IMG/VR virus record: IMGVR_UViG_3300042549_005813
Length of the DNA stretch: 64,000 nucleotides
Strand: one strand, 5' to 3'
Source: a virus
Shown piece by piece: positions 1 through 11,055 of the stretch. Position 1 is the first letter of the stretch. Every line of letters starts with the position of its first letter. The translations under genes and the position numbers were made by a program. Under the pieces are notes generated by a model. The model was not told where the DNA came from and searched no databases. It saw only the letters and a list, made by a program, of their open reading frames with translations.

Positions 1-80
1 GCTACGGTCACTCAAACCTGGTACATCTAAAATTTTCAATAAAAAAATGTGAAATAAATAGAATGAAAAGGTTATAAAGA

Positions 81-746
81 ATGTCAACACAAGTCCCTCC
101 ATCAAGATTAGATTCGACCAAAGACTTTTCTTCTTTGGTTCCTTCTGCGTTCGCTCGTGCTAATGCTGCGTTCGCACAAGCAAATAATTCTACTGATACG
201 TGGGTAAGAGGTCAGGCTAATAACGCATACGATACAGCTAATGCTGCATTTCTGCAAGCGAACAATTCTACCGATTCATGGGTAAGAACACAAGCTAATA
301 ATTCTTTTAATAAAGCAAACTCAGCCGCAGAGTTTGCTAATGCATCCTTTTTGGTTGCCAACTCAGTATATGCTTGGGGCAACCACGCTACAGTTGGTTA
401 TGCAACAACAACTTATGTCGGTACAGCTGTTGCCAATCTAGTAAATTCTGCACCAAGCACATTAGATACATTAAATGAATTGGCAACCGCATTAGGTAAC
501 GATGCAAACTTCAGCACCACTATTACAACTACATTAGGTGTAACAAATTCATTTTCTAACGGTGCCTTTGTAACAGCCAACTCATCATACGCTGCACAAA
601 ATACCACGGCATCATTTGCAAATGGTTCATTCGTAACAGCCAATGCATCCTTTGACCGTGCTAATGCGGCCTTTCTACAAGCGAACACCAGCGGCGGAAC
701 AACAAGAGCTCAGTCTATGACTATGGGCATAATATTCGGAGGATAA
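81..746 (+). CDS. Tail-fibre/virion accessory protein with ANAAFxQAN repeats
   Basis: Ala/Asn-rich repeats; APSTLDTLNELATALGNDANF motif typical of tail-fibre proteins; ATAAATA late-promoter-like site upstream. Confidence 0.6.
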   Translation: MSTQVPPSRLDSTKDFSSLVPSAFARANAAFAQANNSTDTWVRGQANNAYDTANAAFLQANNSTDSWVRTQANNSFNKANSAAEFANASFLVANSVYAWGNHATVGYATTTYVGTAVANLVNSAPSTLDTLNELATALGNDANFSTTITTTLGVTNSFSNGAFVTANSSYAAQNTTASFANGSFVTANASFDRANAAFLQANTSGGTTRAQSMTMGIIFGG

Positions 747-747
747 C

Positions 748-1110
748 ATGGCAGCACCAAATTTATTAACAAGCACATCAGTAACGGGAAACGTTGCAGG
801 CCAAGCAATAATAACTTCGGCCACAGCAATCGTATCTAATGCGGCCTCTAGTGGTAAAGTATACAAAATTAATTCACTATACATTTCAAATGTAAATGGT
901 ACAGCAAGTGCTGATGTGACTGTTGATGTTTTTAAAGCTGGTGCAACAGCATATAAAATAGCTCATCTAATCACGGTGCCACCTAAATCAACATTAACTC
1001 CTATTGCAAAAGATATAACCATTTATCTGGAAGAAAATGACAGTTTAAGATTGACTGCCAGCGCTAATAGTTATCTACATGGTGTTTGTTCTTTTGAGGT
1101 TATCACCTGA
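748..1110 (+). CDS. Hypothetical virion-associated protein
   Basis: ORF with GGAGG SD; beta-rich; lies in structural region. Confidence 0.5.
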   Translation: MAAPNLLTSTSVTGNVAGQAIITSATAIVSNAASSGKVYKINSLYISNVNGTASADVTVDVFKAGATAYKIAHLITVPPKSTLTPIAKDITIYLEENDSLRLTASANSYLHGVCSFEVIT

Positions 1111-2258
1111 TGAGTAACAATTCTTTCAGAGGATTTGGTGCAATACCACAATCAGATTCTTGGTTGGCAAATCGACCAGGTATAACACCATTAGGTAGAC
1201 AATACACCGATTCATTGAATGGATATTGGCCAAGTGCAAATACATTTGGTGGTTTTGCACAGGCAACTTTATCTACAACTTATCGTTTACAGATTTATAA
1301 AAAAAAAGGTTTAACTAATACCTACGACAAGTTATTAAATCCAACATTTCCAGGTAGTGCTATATGGGGAATGGATTCAAGTCCAGATGGAAAATTTTTA
1401 GCTGCAGCTATTAATTCTACACCATACATTAGTATCTATAAAAGAGATGGTGAAACATTCACCTTATTAAGTAATCCAGCATCTTTACCAACAGGCGCTG
1501 GCAGAGATGTTGCATTTAGTCCTGATGGTAAATATTTGGCAGTCGGTCATGGTACAACTCCTTTTGTTACAATTTATAAAATAGATGGTGATACATTTAC
1601 AAAAATATCCTCACCATTTAATACTTTACCTGGAGGCACAACATTATCTGTTGCATTTAGTCATGATGGTAATTATTTGGCAGCTGGAATTGGTTCGTCA
1701 CCTTATGTGAATGTATGGAAAATCAATTCATCAACAGACAGTTTTACAAAACTAACTATACCTACTGCTGGATCAGGAGGAACTGTAAATAGTGTTGAAT
1801 TTAGTCCAGATTCATTACATTTAATATATGCAGGTGGATCAAGTCCAAGTTATGGTGGTTATTTAATCAATTCATCAACAGATACATTCACAGCATTAAC
1901 AATAATTGGATCGCCAGGAACCACAGGAAATCATGTTGCTTTTAGTCCTGATGGTGTTTATATGTCAGTCGGTGCATCTTCGGACCTTGCAATATTAAAA
2001 AGAAATAACGCTAATAATACATATAGTGTAATTACCAGTCAACCATCTTCAAAACCGGCAGGTGAAGTAAATGCTTCTGCATGGAGTTCAGATGGAAATT
2101 ATCTTTTAGTTTCTGGTGTTAATGAACCAGTAATTTTATACACCAGAACAGGTGATACATTTGCAAGAGCTGCAGCCAACACCATACAAGACTCCTCACA
2201 GGCTATAACATCTACGAGCGGAACTCAAGGTGGACTAGTTTGGTTCAATGCACCATAA
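1110..2258 (+). CDS. WD40-like beta-propeller protein (possible receptor-binding or tail accessory)
   Basis: Repeated VAFSPDGxYLA blades about 45 aa apart. Confidence 0.75.
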   Translation: MSNNSFRGFGAIPQSDSWLANRPGITPLGRQYTDSLNGYWPSANTFGGFAQATLSTTYRLQIYKKKGLTNTYDKLLNPTFPGSAIWGMDSSPDGKFLAAAINSTPYISIYKRDGETFTLLSNPASLPTGAGRDVAFSPDGKYLAVGHGTTPFVTIYKIDGDTFTKISSPFNTLPGGTTLSVAFSHDGNYLAAGIGSSPYVNVWKINSSTDSFTKLTIPTAGSGGTVNSVEFSPDSLHLIYAGGSSPSYGGYLINSSTDTFTALTIIGSPGTTGNHVAFSPDGVYMSVGASSDLAILKRNNANNTYSVITSQPSSKPAGEVNASAWSSDGNYLLVSGVNEPVILYTRTGDTFARAAANTIQDSSQAITSTSGTQGGLVWFNAP

Positions 2259-2328
2259 AACCAACAATAAATACTGTTAACACAACAAAGAAAATATAAA
2301 TGGCATTAACATAAATTACGGAGAAACA

Positions 2329-2691
2329 ATGGCACACTTTGCACAATTAGATGAAAATAAAATTGTAACAAAAGTTCTAGTAATAGAACAAGATGTAATT
2401 AATACAGGTTTATTTGGAGAACCAAGTTCTTTTGTACAAACAAGTTACAACACACATGGCGGTGTACACATATTAGGCGGAACACCGTTAAGAAAGAATT
2501 ATGCTGGTATAGGATATACTTATGATTCAGTCCGTGATGCATTTATACCACCTAAACCATACAATAGTTGGACATTGAATGAAACTACATGTTTATGGGA
2601 TGCACCAGTTGCAATGCCTACAGATGATAAACGTTATTCGTGGGACGAAGATACACTTTCTTGGGTGGAAGTTACGGTATCAGAAGCATAA
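2329..2691 (+). CDS. Conserved phage hypothetical protein (tail-associated)
   Basis: MAHFAQLDE...QTSYN...RKNYAGIGYTYD...DAFIPPKPY pattern common in aquatic phages; GGAG SD. Confidence 0.6.
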   Translation: MAHFAQLDENKIVTKVLVIEQDVINTGLFGEPSSFVQTSYNTHGGVHILGGTPLRKNYAGIGYTYDSVRDAFIPPKPYNSWTLNETTCLWDAPVAMPTDDKRYSWDEDTLSWVEVTVSEA

Positions 2692-2712
2692 ATATCCCTA
2701 TAGGGGGATATA

Positions 2713-3489
2713 ATGGCGAAAACAATCACAACAAGAACGGCATTCAAAGATTATTGCCTGCGTAGACTAGGGTTTCCTGTAATCGAAATCAACGTTGATG
2801 ACGACCAGGTAGAAGACCGTATTGATGATGCGTTGCAATACTGGCAAGATTATCATTTTGATGGTCTACAAAAAGTCTATTACATTAAAAAGATAGACCA
2901 GACAGACATTAACAACAAGTATTTGAACATAGCTCAAGCCACAGATTCCTCAAACAACGTTCTACAAATTGCTGGTATCACCAGAATATTTCCTATTTCA
3001 GATTCACATTCTCAAGTCAATATGTTTGATTTGAGATATCAACTCCGTTTGAATGAGTTGTATGACTTTACCTCCGCATCTTACATCAACTACACGTTGA
3101 CACTACAACACTTACGTATGTTGGAACAACTGTTCACTGGTGAAGTTCCTATTAGATTCCAAAGACACATGCAAAGATTGTATATTGATTGGGGTTGGGG
3201 TCGCAACGAAGCACCAATCGGTACAACAGTGATTGCAGAATGTTATGCGGTGATTGATCCTGATGTGTACACACAGGCGTGGAATGACCGTTGGTTGAAA
3301 GAATATGCAACAGCACTTATCAAACGTTCTTGGGGTAACAACCTTAAAAAGTTTGAAGGTATTCAATTGCCAGGTGGTGTCAAATTAAATGGTGACAAAA
3401 TCTATAGTGAAGCCAAGGAAGAAATTGATGCATTACATGCAGAAATTGGTGACAAGTATGGTGCACCACTAGAAATGTTCATGAACTAA
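2713..3489 (+). CDS. gp13: Neck protein gp13
   Basis: YCLRRLGFPVIEINVDDDQ and QLPGGVKLNG motifs; T4 synteny. Confidence 0.93.
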   Translation: MAKTITTRTAFKDYCLRRLGFPVIEINVDDDQVEDRIDDALQYWQDYHFDGLQKVYYIKKIDQTDINNKYLNIAQATDSSNNVLQIAGITRIFPISDSHSQVNMFDLRYQLRLNELYDFTSASYINYTLTLQHLRMLEQLFTGEVPIRFQRHMQRLYIDWGWGRNEAPIGTTVIAECYAVIDPDVYTQAWNDRWLKEYATALIKRSWGNNLKKFEGIQLPGGVKLNGDKIYSEAKEEIDALHAEIGDKYGAPLEMFMN

Positions 3490-3490
3490 T

Positions 3491-4372
3491 ATGGCAACCT
3501 CGGTTTATTTCAATAACTATAACTCTCTTGCTGAGCAGAGAGTAGTTGAAGACTTGATTGTTGAGTCAATCAAGATTATGGGTTTTGACGCCTACTATTT
3601 ACCTATTGAAAATGAAACCGATAGAGACATATTGTATGGTGAAGATCCAATTAAAAGATTCAGTGCAGCCTTTCCAATTGAATTCTACCTATCAAGTTCT
3701 ATGGAATATGGTGGCGAAAAAGAATTCTTTTCTAAATTTGGCCTTGAAATTAAGAACACTGTTAACATCATATTATCAAAACGTTCTTTTTCTCAACGTG
3801 TACCACAAGATATATTCACAAGACCAAGAGAAGGTGATTTGATTTATGTACCGTTCTTAAATGGTACTGGTGAGTTGTTTGAAATTAAATTTACAAACCA
3901 AACAAAAGACTTCTTCATGTTAGGACGTAAAATACCATTCTTCTATGAATTGGAACTAGAGAAATTCAAGTACTCACAAGAAGTTATCGACACTGGTGTG
4001 GAAGACATTGATGATGTAATGATTCAATCAAGTTACACACTAGACTTGACTACTGGTACTGGAACTGGAACATATGAAGCTAGAGAAGTTGTATTTCAGT
4101 CTACAGATAATACACAAGCAAATGCATGGGTTGTGGCTTTAGTACAAGAATGGATCAAACCAGATGACTCACTAAAGGTCACAAATATTGCAGGTGAATT
4201 CCGTGACAACGTTGCAATCATTGGTGCAACAAGTAATGCAAGATACTTTTTGGCATCTTATGATCCATTAAAAGATAGTACAAAAAATGAAAGTTATGAC
4301 AATTCTTACTTCTTTGATACTGCCAATAATATTATTGACTTCACTGAAACCAATCCGTTTGGAAAAATTTAA
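3491..4372 (+). CDS. gp14: Neck/head-closure protein gp14
   Basis: FSKFGLEI, RPREGDLIY and ETNPFG motifs; follows gp13. Confidence 0.92.
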   Translation: MATSVYFNNYNSLAEQRVVEDLIVESIKIMGFDAYYLPIENETDRDILYGEDPIKRFSAAFPIEFYLSSSMEYGGEKEFFSKFGLEIKNTVNIILSKRSFSQRVPQDIFTRPREGDLIYVPFLNGTGELFEIKFTNQTKDFFMLGRKIPFFYELELEKFKYSQEVIDTGVEDIDDVMIQSSYTLDLTTGTGTGTYEAREVVFQSTDNTQANAWVVALVQEWIKPDDSLKVTNIAGEFRDNVAIIGATSNARYFLASYDPLKDSTKNESYDNSYFFDTANNIIDFTETNPFGKI

Positions 4373-5388
4373 TGTCAACATATAATCGTGTCATAAGAAA
4401 ACTGGTTGTGGGATTTGGTAATCTATTTGATAGCATTACTTTGTATAGATTTAAACCAGACCTTACAGAATCGGAAAGATTTATTGTTCCTATTGCGTAT
4501 GCAAGTAAAGAACGTTATGTCATGCGCCTTGAAGAAGATTTGAATCTAGATAAAAAAGTTCAATTGACTTTACCTCGTATGTCATTTGAGATGGCCGGAT
4601 TATCATACGACTCAAGTAGAAAACAAAACACAAACATTAAAAATTTTTCAGGAACTCCACCATCAGGAGTACTTTCACAATACAATCCAGTACCATACAA
4701 TTTCGATTTTAATCTTTACATCTATGTACGTAACATAGAAGATGGTACACAAATCATTGAACACATTTTACCATTCTTTACACCAGATTATACGATTAAA
4801 TTAAACCTTATTCCTGAGATGGGAATTATTAAAGAAGTTCCTGTCATTTTAAATTCCACACAACATGAAATTACTTATGAAGGTGGTAGAGAAAATGAAA
4901 CTCGAATGATTGTTTGGACATTGAACTTCACAGTCAAAGGTTTTATATTTGGTAAGGTTACAGAGACTAGTGTTATCAATCGTGCCTTTGTTTCTGTTTA
5001 CAACTTAGTGTCACAAGAAGAAGTAATTGAATTTTACATGAACTTAGATTCTGGTTATGGAACATATAAAGTGGGTGAAAAAGTATATCAAGGTTATACT
5101 CCAGATGATGCATCAGCAACAGGCATGGTTGTTCAATTTACAGATAATGTATTGAGACTAAAAGAACTAACAGGAAACTTCGTGTCTGACAAACCTATAT
5201 ACGGGATTAACACATTGGCAAATTACAACTTTACATCATACAACTTGAACCCATTGAAATTCGTTGAAGTCGATTCGATTGGTAGAGTTAGTACAGATAT
5301 TGACTACATGTCAGTTGATAAAGAAGACGCTAAGGCTGATAACACATTGGGTGAAGTTACTACAATCAATAAAGCTGCAAATCAGTAA
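4372..5388 (+). CDS. gp15: Tail sheath stabiliser/terminator gp15
   Basis: LPRMSFEM, PVPYN and QIIEHILPFF motifs; synteny. Confidence 0.92.
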   Translation: MSTYNRVIRKLVVGFGNLFDSITLYRFKPDLTESERFIVPIAYASKERYVMRLEEDLNLDKKVQLTLPRMSFEMAGLSYDSSRKQNTNIKNFSGTPPSGVLSQYNPVPYNFDFNLYIYVRNIEDGTQIIEHILPFFTPDYTIKLNLIPEMGIIKEVPVILNSTQHEITYEGGRENETRMIVWTLNFTVKGFIFGKVTETSVINRAFVSVYNLVSQEEVIEFYMNLDSGYGTYKVGEKVYQGYTPDDASATGMVVQFTDNVLRLKELTGNFVSDKPIYGINTLANYNFTSYNLNPLKFVEVDSIGRVSTDIDYMSVDKEDAKADNTLGEVTTINKAANQ

Positions 5389-5406
5389 ACAAAACGAGAG
5401 AAATAA

Positions 5407-7149
5407 ATGGCTAAACAAACTATCAATATTGGTATTAGAGCAAATGATGGCAAAGGCGATTCATTAAGAACGGCTTTTACTAAAACAAATAACAACTTTA
5501 CTGAGTTGTATACTACAGTTTCTTTTAATTCCAATACATCAAATACATATTATGAAACCAACCAAGAGTTGGCACAGAATGCTTTCAACAAAGCAAACAC
5601 TGCTTCATTGGGTGATATTTTATTTGACAATACCACCATGTATAGTAATACAAAGGTTGAAATTGCTACTGACCCACATGAACATAGAGCTTGGGGTATG
5701 TTGTTTGGTCAAATAGATACACAAGCCAACAATGCATATGGCCATAGTGTCGCATTTGATTCTGCAAATAATATTGTAGTATCAATGACAACACAGAATG
5801 AAGTTACTGGTTTACCACAGGCAACAGTTATTAAATTTGATCCATATGGTTCAATATATTGGAGAAAATCTGTTCCTGCGGCCAACGTGGGTGGAACACT
5901 AGTAGCAAGTTATGGTGATTCAGTAACAGTTGACGGAAATAATAACATATACTTATTAACAAACATTCCAGATGATAGGTCAACCCGTGTTACAAAATTT
6001 AACTATCTAGGACAAAATGTCTGGAACACTTTAATTACAGATTCAATTGGTTCTAAAGATATCTGTGTTGACGATGAAGATTTTCCATATTATACTGGTG
6101 AACACAATTTAATTACGGGTCTTGATATTACAGGTGAATTGTATTTCACGTTTTATAATGCAGGCAATGCGGCAAACGCATCCGTTATTATTGCTTTACC
6201 AAATCGTGGTGGTTTATTAGTTGGGTCAGCAAACGGACAAGTGCATAAGTTTGATACAGAAGGTCTTTACATTAGAACAAGTAATGTCAACAAATATGGA
6301 AATACAATCATTGGTTTAAGTTATGATTCATCAAACAACTGGTATGCTGCAACAAATACAAACATATATATGTTTAGAGCAAACAATCAATTGGTTTGGG
6401 AAAAAGAAATAACTGGTGTAACATCACCAAAAATTAATTGGATTAAGTATAGTGATAATTATCTATATGTAAACGGAACAACCACAGACCCTAACGATAA
6501 AACTGGATTTATTAATTACAAAGTGCTTGCCGCCAATGGTTACCTTGCTTGGGCAAATTCACTTCAAGTTCCAGGCGCAGGTCAAAATATTAGACTTGGC
6601 CATAGACAGATGGACGTAAAAGGTGATTTTCTTGTTGGTACCGGATATGCATATCCAAACGGCAGTACAAAAGCAATTGCAATTACTTATGAATTACCAA
6701 TAGACGGAACTTTACCTGGTCTGTATGCATATTCAAGTTCAACCAAATGGGGCGACTTTACATATGTGACTGTACCATCTGCAGCAACCACCACAAGCAC
6801 AACAGTTGGTAGTGGAAACACAACAGTAACACTTGCTATTAATACAACATATTCATATACAATGAATGCTGTTACTTATCAGAATCCTAGTCCAGAAAAT
6901 GAACAGACAATTGATTATTTTAAAGAACAATGGGAATTTACAAGCAACGGAACAATTGTTATACCTTCTTCAGGATCAAGCACCGTAGCTTTAGATGTAA
7001 GTGGAAAATCTTTGGCAAATGTTGCAAGCATTCAATTTGCAAACAATACAATTCAAGTTGGTGCTTCTGTACCTTTGGCTAATCTAAAGGTACTGGTTGC
7101 AGCATCATCCGACTTCAATGACTTTAAGAGTAGAATCGCAGCATTATAA
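5407..7149 (+). CDS. Virion structural protein with gp9/gp10-like N-terminal motif and beta-propeller-like body
   Basis: N-terminal KQTINIG..ANDGKGDSLRTAF.K.N.NF.ELY motif shared by T4-type baseplate/fibre proteins. Confidence 0.6.
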   Translation: MAKQTINIGIRANDGKGDSLRTAFTKTNNNFTELYTTVSFNSNTSNTYYETNQELAQNAFNKANTASLGDILFDNTTMYSNTKVEIATDPHEHRAWGMLFGQIDTQANNAYGHSVAFDSANNIVVSMTTQNEVTGLPQATVIKFDPYGSIYWRKSVPAANVGGTLVASYGDSVTVDGNNNIYLLTNIPDDRSTRVTKFNYLGQNVWNTLITDSIGSKDICVDDEDFPYYTGEHNLITGLDITGELYFTFYNAGNAANASVIIALPNRGGLLVGSANGQVHKFDTEGLYIRTSNVNKYGNTIIGLSYDSSNNWYAATNTNIYMFRANNQLVWEKEITGVTSPKINWIKYSDNYLYVNGTTTDPNDKTGFINYKVLAANGYLAWANSLQVPGAGQNIRLGHRQMDVKGDFLVGTGYAYPNGSTKAIAITYELPIDGTLPGLYAYSSSTKWGDFTYVTVPSAATTTSTTVGSGNTTVTLAINTTYSYTMNAVTYQNPSPENEQTIDYFKEQWEFTSNGTIVIPSSGSSTVALDVSGKSLANVASIQFANNTIQVGASVPLANLKVLVAASSDFNDFKSRIAAL

Positions 7150-7163
7150 ACTAAGTTAAAAAT

Positions 7164-7577
7164 ATGAATACATTTGACAAAAACATGGAAAAATTATTTG
7201 ATGTAACACCGGTAGAACAGGAAATAAAACCTCTGTTACCGGTAGTTACTAAGACTGAAGAAGGTCCAGATTTAAAAACAGACTTACAAGATGCCTATGA
7301 ACAAACAAAGGACAATCTACAAGAGTTGATTGATAACGGCAAAGATGCAATGGAAGAACTAAGACACATTGCATCTGCTGGACAACATCCACGGGCATTT
7401 GAAGTCTATGCAACACTACTAAAGAATGTGGTTGATGCGAACAAAGAACTACTTGCGGTACAAAAACAAATGCGTACAATGGATGGTAAACAAAAAGAAG
7501 GTGATACCAAAATTGATAAAGCCATTTTCGTTGGTTCAACCGCTGAATTAAATAAACTTTTAAAAAGTAAAGAATGA
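7164..7577 (+). CDS. gp16: Terminase small subunit gp16
   Basis: HPRAFEV and IFVGSTAEL motifs; overlaps gp17 start. Confidence 0.9.
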   Translation: MNTFDKNMEKLFDVTPVEQEIKPLLPVVTKTEEGPDLKTDLQDAYEQTKDNLQELIDNGKDAMEELRHIASAGQHPRAFEVYATLLKNVVDANKELLAVQKQMRTMDGKQKEGDTKIDKAIFVGSTAELNKLLKSKE

Positions 7578-9271
7578 TTGATAATGTCGATTTAAAATTT
7601 GGTGAAGCATACCGAGATAATCCATTACTTAAAAAGGCCGGTGTTAAGGTAGAGTATACACAGGAACAGGTTGATGAATATATAAAATGTGCCAAAGACC
7701 CTGTTTATTTTGCAAAAAATTATATTAAGATTGTTAACGTTGATGAAGGCCTAATCAACTTTAAGATGTGGCCGTTCCAAGAAAAAATGTTAAAACTTTT
7801 CAAGGACAACCGGTTCGTTATCACTAAATGTCCTCGACAGGTTGGTAAAACTACAACCACCGTAGCGTATATGTTATGGGCAACCATATTTACAGACCAA
7901 CAAAACTGTGCAGTTCTTGCAAACAAAGGTGCTTTGGCTCGTGATATTTTGTCCAAATACCAACTTGCATATGAAAATTTGCCAATGTGGTTACAACAAG
8001 GTATCGTTACATGGAACAAAGGTAACGTAGAACTTGAAAATGGTTCCAAGATTGTTGCTGCATCCACTTCATCATCTGCAATTCGTGGAGGTTCTTTTAA
8101 CATTGTATTCTTGGATGAATTTGCTTTCGTACCAAACAATATTGCAGAAGAATTCTTCAACTCTGTTTACCCTGTAATTTCATCAGGTAAAAAGACAAAG
8201 ATTATTATTGTATCTACACCTAATGGTATGAATCTATTCTACAAGTTATGGATGGACTCAATTAATAAGAAAAATAATTATATTAATTTTGAAATACATT
8301 GGTCACAAGTACCTGGTCGAGATGAGAAGTGGAAAGAAGAAACAATTCGCAATACTTCTCAACGACAATTCTCACAAGAATTTGAAACTGAGTTTTTAGG
8401 TTCTTCAAACACTTTGGTTTCTGGTTACAAACTGCAACAGTTGGTATATACCGACCCAATTGCGAACCACGACCTGTTAAAAATATATGAACATCCGGTT
8501 AAAGAAGGTGTGAATGAATCTAAATCCGACCACCTGTATGCAATCACGGTCGATGTTTCAGAAGGTAGAAATCTTGATAGTTCAGCCTTCTCTGTAATTG
8601 ATATCTCACAGACACCATACAAACAAGTGGCAACCTATAAGAGTTCATCAATTACACCTATATTGTTTCCAACAGTCATCTATAATGCAGCGAGATATTA
8701 CAACGATGCATATGTTTTGGTGGAAATTAATAACAATCCCCAGGTAGCAGACTCATTACATTCAGATTTTGAATATGAAAACCTTTGGAAAATATTTACA
8801 GGCAATAAGAAACCGCAACAATTGTCGGCTGGGTTTGCCCGTGGCGTTCAAATGGGATTGAAAATGTCTCCTCAGGTCAAGGCAATTGGTTGTTCAAACC
8901 TTAAGACTTTGATTGAAGGTGACAAATTGTTGATTCAAGATTTTGATACATACTCCGAGTTGACCACTTTTATTCAGCAAAAGAATTCCTTTAGTGCAGA
9001 AGATGGTGCAAATGACGATATGGTCATGTCTCTGGTCATGTTTTCTTGGGTAACAACCCAACAATATTTTAAAGAGATTGTTAACCACGACATACGTAAA
9101 CAGATTCAGTTAGAAAATATGAATCAAATGGATGATGATGTTTTGCCAGCTCCAATCATCGAAGATGGTTTGGAACATGATTTTGAGATTATGGGTGGTG
9201 ACATGTGGGAAGTTGCAGACGGTGGAGAAACGTATGCAAAGTTTATGAGAAACAGATTGGAAAGGTTATAA
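7574..9271 (+). CDS. gp17: Terminase large subunit gp17
   Basis: Walker A PRQVGKTT, Walker B FLDEFAF, STPNG, C-terminal nuclease DDMVM. Confidence 0.97.
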   Translation: MIDNVDLKFGEAYRDNPLLKKAGVKVEYTQEQVDEYIKCAKDPVYFAKNYIKIVNVDEGLINFKMWPFQEKMLKLFKDNRFVITKCPRQVGKTTTTVAYMLWATIFTDQQNCAVLANKGALARDILSKYQLAYENLPMWLQQGIVTWNKGNVELENGSKIVAASTSSSAIRGGSFNIVFLDEFAFVPNNIAEEFFNSVYPVISSGKKTKIIIVSTPNGMNLFYKLWMDSINKKNNYINFEIHWSQVPGRDEKWKEETIRNTSQRQFSQEFETEFLGSSNTLVSGYKLQQLVYTDPIANHDLLKIYEHPVKEGVNESKSDHLYAITVDVSEGRNLDSSAFSVIDISQTPYKQVATYKSSSITPILFPTVIYNAARYYNDAYVLVEINNNPQVADSLHSDFEYENLWKIFTGNKKPQQLSAGFARGVQMGLKMSPQVKAIGCSNLKTLIEGDKLLIQDFDTYSELTTFIQQKNSFSAEDGANDDMVMSLVMFSWVTTQQYFKEIVNHDIRKQIQLENMNQMDDDVLPAPIIEDGLEHDFEIMGGDMWEVADGGETYAKFMRNRLERL

Positions 9272-9338
9272 AACCAGCCTTTCATAAATACTCTTATGGT
9301 ATTTTGCCAAAAGAACATAATAATTCAAGGAGAATAAA

Positions 9339-11030
9339 ATGGCATTTCAAATCTCTCCAGGCGTAACTGTAGCTGAAGTGGACGCAACAACAGTTGTACC
9401 CGCAGTTCAACAGACCGCTGGTGCATTTGCTGGAACCTTTCAATGGGGTCCAGCAGACAAGGTAAAACAGATAGATAGTGAAATAACACTCGCAAGCACA
9501 TATGGTAAACCTAATTCAGATTCAGCAGTATCATTCTTTACTGCTGCAAACTTTCTGTCTTATGGTAATAACTTAAGTGTTGTACGTGCAGTTGGTGCAT
9601 TAGCAAACAATGCAACCGATGGTAGTACATTAAATGTACAAATTAAAAACGAAGATGTTTTTGAATCTACTTATTTAAATACCAATAACGGTAATAGTTA
9701 CGGTCCATTTGCGGCCAGATATGCAGGTGTTTTAGGAAACTCTATCAATATTGCTGTTTGTGCAAACACACAAACATATAGCACATGGGCATACAAAAAT
9801 TATTTCACATCTGCACCAGGCACATCAGATTTTGCTGATTCTGTTAATGGTGTAAAAGATGAGATGCACATCGTTGTTATTGACCAAGATGGATTGTTTA
9901 CAGGTTCTGCCGGTGCAATCTTAGAAACATACGGTTTTGTTTCGGCTGCTTCTGATGCAGTTATCAACGGTGTTACAAACTACTATAAACAAGTTATTTT
10001 CAATAACTCAAAATATGTTTATGCAATGGATCCTGTTGATTATGCAACAACAAATGCTACATGGGGACAAACTGCTGCAGGCAGAACTTTTGCAAATCCA
10101 GCAACCAATCAATTAATTAGTTTAATTACAGGTTCTTCTGTTGCGCCAACTGATGGAAACTTACAAATATCTTACGATTTGTTTGCTAACAAAGAATCTA
10201 TTGACGTTTCCTTGGTACTAACAGGCGGACATTCAATTACAGTTCAACAATATGTTATCGACAACATTGCTGTTGGTCGTGCAGACTGTGTGGCTTTTAT
10301 TTCTCCGAGATATGCAGACGTAGTTAATAAAGCAGGCAGCGAAACAACTAATATTCAAGATTGGTTAACAACACTATCAAGAAGTTCTTCTTATGTTGTT
10401 GCTGATTCTGGATGGAAATACCAATTCGACAAATACAACAACACATATCGTTGGGTACCACTGAACGGTGATATTGCTGGATTGTGTGTGTACACAGATA
10501 ACATTCGTGACCCATGGTTCTCACCAGCTGGTTTCAACCGTGGCGCAATTAAGAACTGTATTAAGTTAGCATGGAATCCAAACAAGTCATTCCGTGATAC
10601 ATTGTATGCAGCAGGTGTTAATCCAGTTGTATCATTCCCAGGTCAAGGCACAGTATTGTTTGGTGACAAAACATTGTTAAATAAACCATCAGCATTTGAC
10701 CGTATTAACGTTCGCCGTTTGTTTATTACACTTGAAAAGGCAATTGCACAAGCTGCCAAGTTCTCAATGTTTGAATTGAATGATGAATTTACAAGAGCAC
10801 AATTTATTGCTCTAGTATCACCATTCTTGCGTGACATTCAAGGACGCCGTGGTTTGACAGACTTTAGAGTTGTTTGCGATTCAACAAACAACACACAACA
10901 AGTTATTGATAGCAACCAATTCGTTGGAGATATCTACCTTAAACCTGCACGTTCAGTAAACTACATTCAGTTGAACTTTATTGCTGTTGGTACTGGTGTT
11001 GACTTCGTAACAATCGTTGGCGCAGCTTAA
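9339..11030 (+). CDS. gp18: Tail sheath protein gp18
   Basis: SPGV start, FQWGP, WFSPAGFNRG, FDRINVRRLF. Confidence 0.97.
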   Translation: MAFQISPGVTVAEVDATTVVPAVQQTAGAFAGTFQWGPADKVKQIDSEITLASTYGKPNSDSAVSFFTAANFLSYGNNLSVVRAVGALANNATDGSTLNVQIKNEDVFESTYLNTNNGNSYGPFAARYAGVLGNSINIAVCANTQTYSTWAYKNYFTSAPGTSDFADSVNGVKDEMHIVVIDQDGLFTGSAGAILETYGFVSAASDAVINGVTNYYKQVIFNNSKYVYAMDPVDYATTNATWGQTAAGRTFANPATNQLISLITGSSVAPTDGNLQISYDLFANKESIDVSLVLTGGHSITVQQYVIDNIAVGRADCVAFISPRYADVVNKAGSETTNIQDWLTTLSRSSSYVVADSGWKYQFDKYNNTYRWVPLNGDIAGLCVYTDNIRDPWFSPAGFNRGAIKNCIKLAWNPNKSFRDTLYAAGVNPVVSFPGQGTVLFGDKTLLNKPSAFDRINVRRLFITLEKAIAQAAKFSMFELNDEFTRAQFIALVSPFLRDIQGRRGLTDFRVVCDSTNNTQQVIDSNQFVGDIYLKPARSVNYIQLNFIAVGTGVDFVTIVGAA

Positions 11031-11055
11031 TAAATAAACGATATAGGAGAAAACA

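Noticed and set aside
81-746. CRISPR-like or DNA-level tandem repeats
   Set aside because: The repeats are degenerate at third codon positions and reflect protein repeats. No CRISPR array was seen anywhere in the window.
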